From positions 672,001 to 736,000 of the forward strand of contig OZ241362.1 in assembly GCA_965200315.1 (NCBI GenBank): DNA of 64,000 nucleotides, given 5' to 3'. A program made the position numbers and the translations under genes. This document shows, in pieces, positions 62,901 through 64,000 of this stretch. A model generated the notes under the pieces. That model searched no databases. It was not told where the DNA came from and was given only the letters and a program-made list of their open reading frames with translations. Within the stretch, counting starts at the first letter, position 1. Each line of letters opens with the position of its first letter. This stretch comes from Candidatus Latescibacterota bacterium (GTDB lineage Bacteria > Latescibacterota > UBA2968 > UBA8231).

Positions 62901-63869
62901 TCAATGCGTCCGCGCCAGCGGTGTCCACCGAGAAAGCGCGTCTAAGGCTGCTATCTCTGCGTCCCCTAGCTCCACCTCCAGCGCCCCAAAGACCTCTGCG
63001 ACGTGCTCGGGGCGATCTGGGCCGATGATAGGAGCGGTAACATCCTCGTTGGTCAATATCCAAGCGATGGCAACTTGCGCTGGGGTCTTGCCCTGTGCCC
63101 GCCCAATCTCGGTCAGCTTCTGCACGATGCGCTCGGCTTGCTCGTTCATGGCCGCGGCAAAGCGGCCGTCGTCCTGCCAAGCGCTATCGGCCGGCGGCTT
63201 TTGCCCGCGCCTAAAGCGGCCGCTCAACAGGCCGACAGCCAGCGGACTGTAGCTCATCATGCCGAGGCCGTACTGCCGACACAAAGGCAACAGTTCCGGC
63301 TCTATCTGCCAGCGATGCAATAGGTTGTACTGATTTTGTAAGGTAAATAGTGGGTCCAGTCCCCCGCGATCGGCCGTCCACAGCGCCTCCACCACTTGGG
63401 CGGCGGTAAAATTGCAAGCCCCCACGTAGCGCACCTTGCCCTGCCGCACCAAGTCGTCAAACGCCCGCAGCGTCTCGTCGAGTTCAGTGTCTGGAGCCCA
63501 GTTGTGCAGCAAGTAGATATCCACGTAGTCCGTATTCAAGCGCTTCAGCGACCGCTCGATCTCGCGCATGATGGCAAAGCGCGACAGGCCGCGGTCGTTG
63601 GGTCCGTCGCCTATCTGGCTCCAGACCTTGGTGGTAATCACCAGATCGTCGCGCTTGCCCTTAATGGCCTTGCCCAACAGCTCCTCGCAGCGGCCCTGAA
63701 AGTAGTAGTTGGCGCAATCGAGGAAATTGCACCCCAAGTCGAGGGCCGTCTCGACCGAGCGCACAGCAGTCGCCTCGTCCGTGTGCCCATGCCAGTATCC
63801 CCGAAAGGCCGTGCCCAAGCACAGCCGCGAGACTTTGACCCCGGCCCGGCCCAATCGCACGTAATCCAT
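62901..63869 (-). CDS. Aldo/keto reductase
   Basis: VSRLCLGT, DCANYY, ERSLKRLNTDYVDIY, GKVRYVG, YSPLA. Confidence 0.93.
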   Translation of the reverse strand: MDYVRLGRAGVKVSRLCLGTAFRGYWHGHTDEATAVRSVETALDLGCNFLDCANYYFQGRCEELLGKAIKGKRDDLVITTKVWSQIGDGPNDRGLSRFAIMREIERSLKRLNTDYVDIYLLHNWAPDTELDETLRAFDDLVRQGKVRYVGACNFTAAQVVEALWTADRGGLDPLFTLQNQYNLLHRWQIEPELLPLCRQYGLGMMSYSPLAVGLLSGRFRRGQKPPADSAWQDDGRFAAAMNEQAERIVQKLTEIGRAQGKTPAQVAIAWILTNEDVTAPIIGPDRPEHVAEVFGALEVELGDAEIAALDALSRWTPLARTH

Positions 63870-63903
63870 ATTTTCTCCTAGTTCCTAACTGACGTTACGC
63901 AGT

Positions 63904-63985
63904 GTAGGGGCAACCCTTGTGGTCGCCCGCTTAGCAGTGTGCCCTGAGCTTGTCGAAGGGCACGAGATTTGTAGGTCGTCCCTAC
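63904..63985. repeat. GTAG-type REPIN-like element with a nested second hairpin
   Basis: GTAGGGGCAACC (63904) inverted against GGTCGTCCCTAC (ends 63985); nested GTGCCCT-GAGCTTGTCGA-AGGGCAC at 63939-63963. Confidence 0.65.
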
Positions 63986-64000
63986 CAAGCCGACGGCAAG

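Overview
GC-rich bacterial window of catabolic and accessory genes (amidohydrolases, two intact UxuA-like dehydratases, sulfatases, a sialidase-like propeller, four intact PhyH/2OG-Fe(II) dioxygenases, ilvD, pabB-pabC). Many fused or truncated gene remnants lie between them. The gene content and a C-terminal TTWGxLK motif suggest a Latescibacterota/Poribacteria-like lineage (inference). The main feature is a ~13 kb defence island at 31763-44632. Its order is: DUF262 stub, HATPase, STAS-like DUF4325, PIN nuclease, DUF1156 N6-adenine methylase, frameshifted MNT, Swt1-HEPN/DUF499 ATPase, SNF2 helicase-DUF3883 nuclease. An apparently intact REP-associated HUH tyrosine transposase (RAYT), with REP palindromes on both sides, is inserted in frame inside the methylase. 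Between the ATPase and helicase genes the same REP sequence forms a perfect hairpin followed by a 61-nt-period repeat/29-nt-spacer array, with no cas genes in the window. Other points: an Rpn gene with an internal RBS/ATG (intragenic antitoxin layout), HigBA and MNT-HEPN modules, a short repeat inserted in frame in an AAA-PD-(D/E)XK gene, and apparent strong CCWGG depletion with CTAG/CCAAG/CTTGG excess. Family assignments come from motif recognition by eye; no searches were run.
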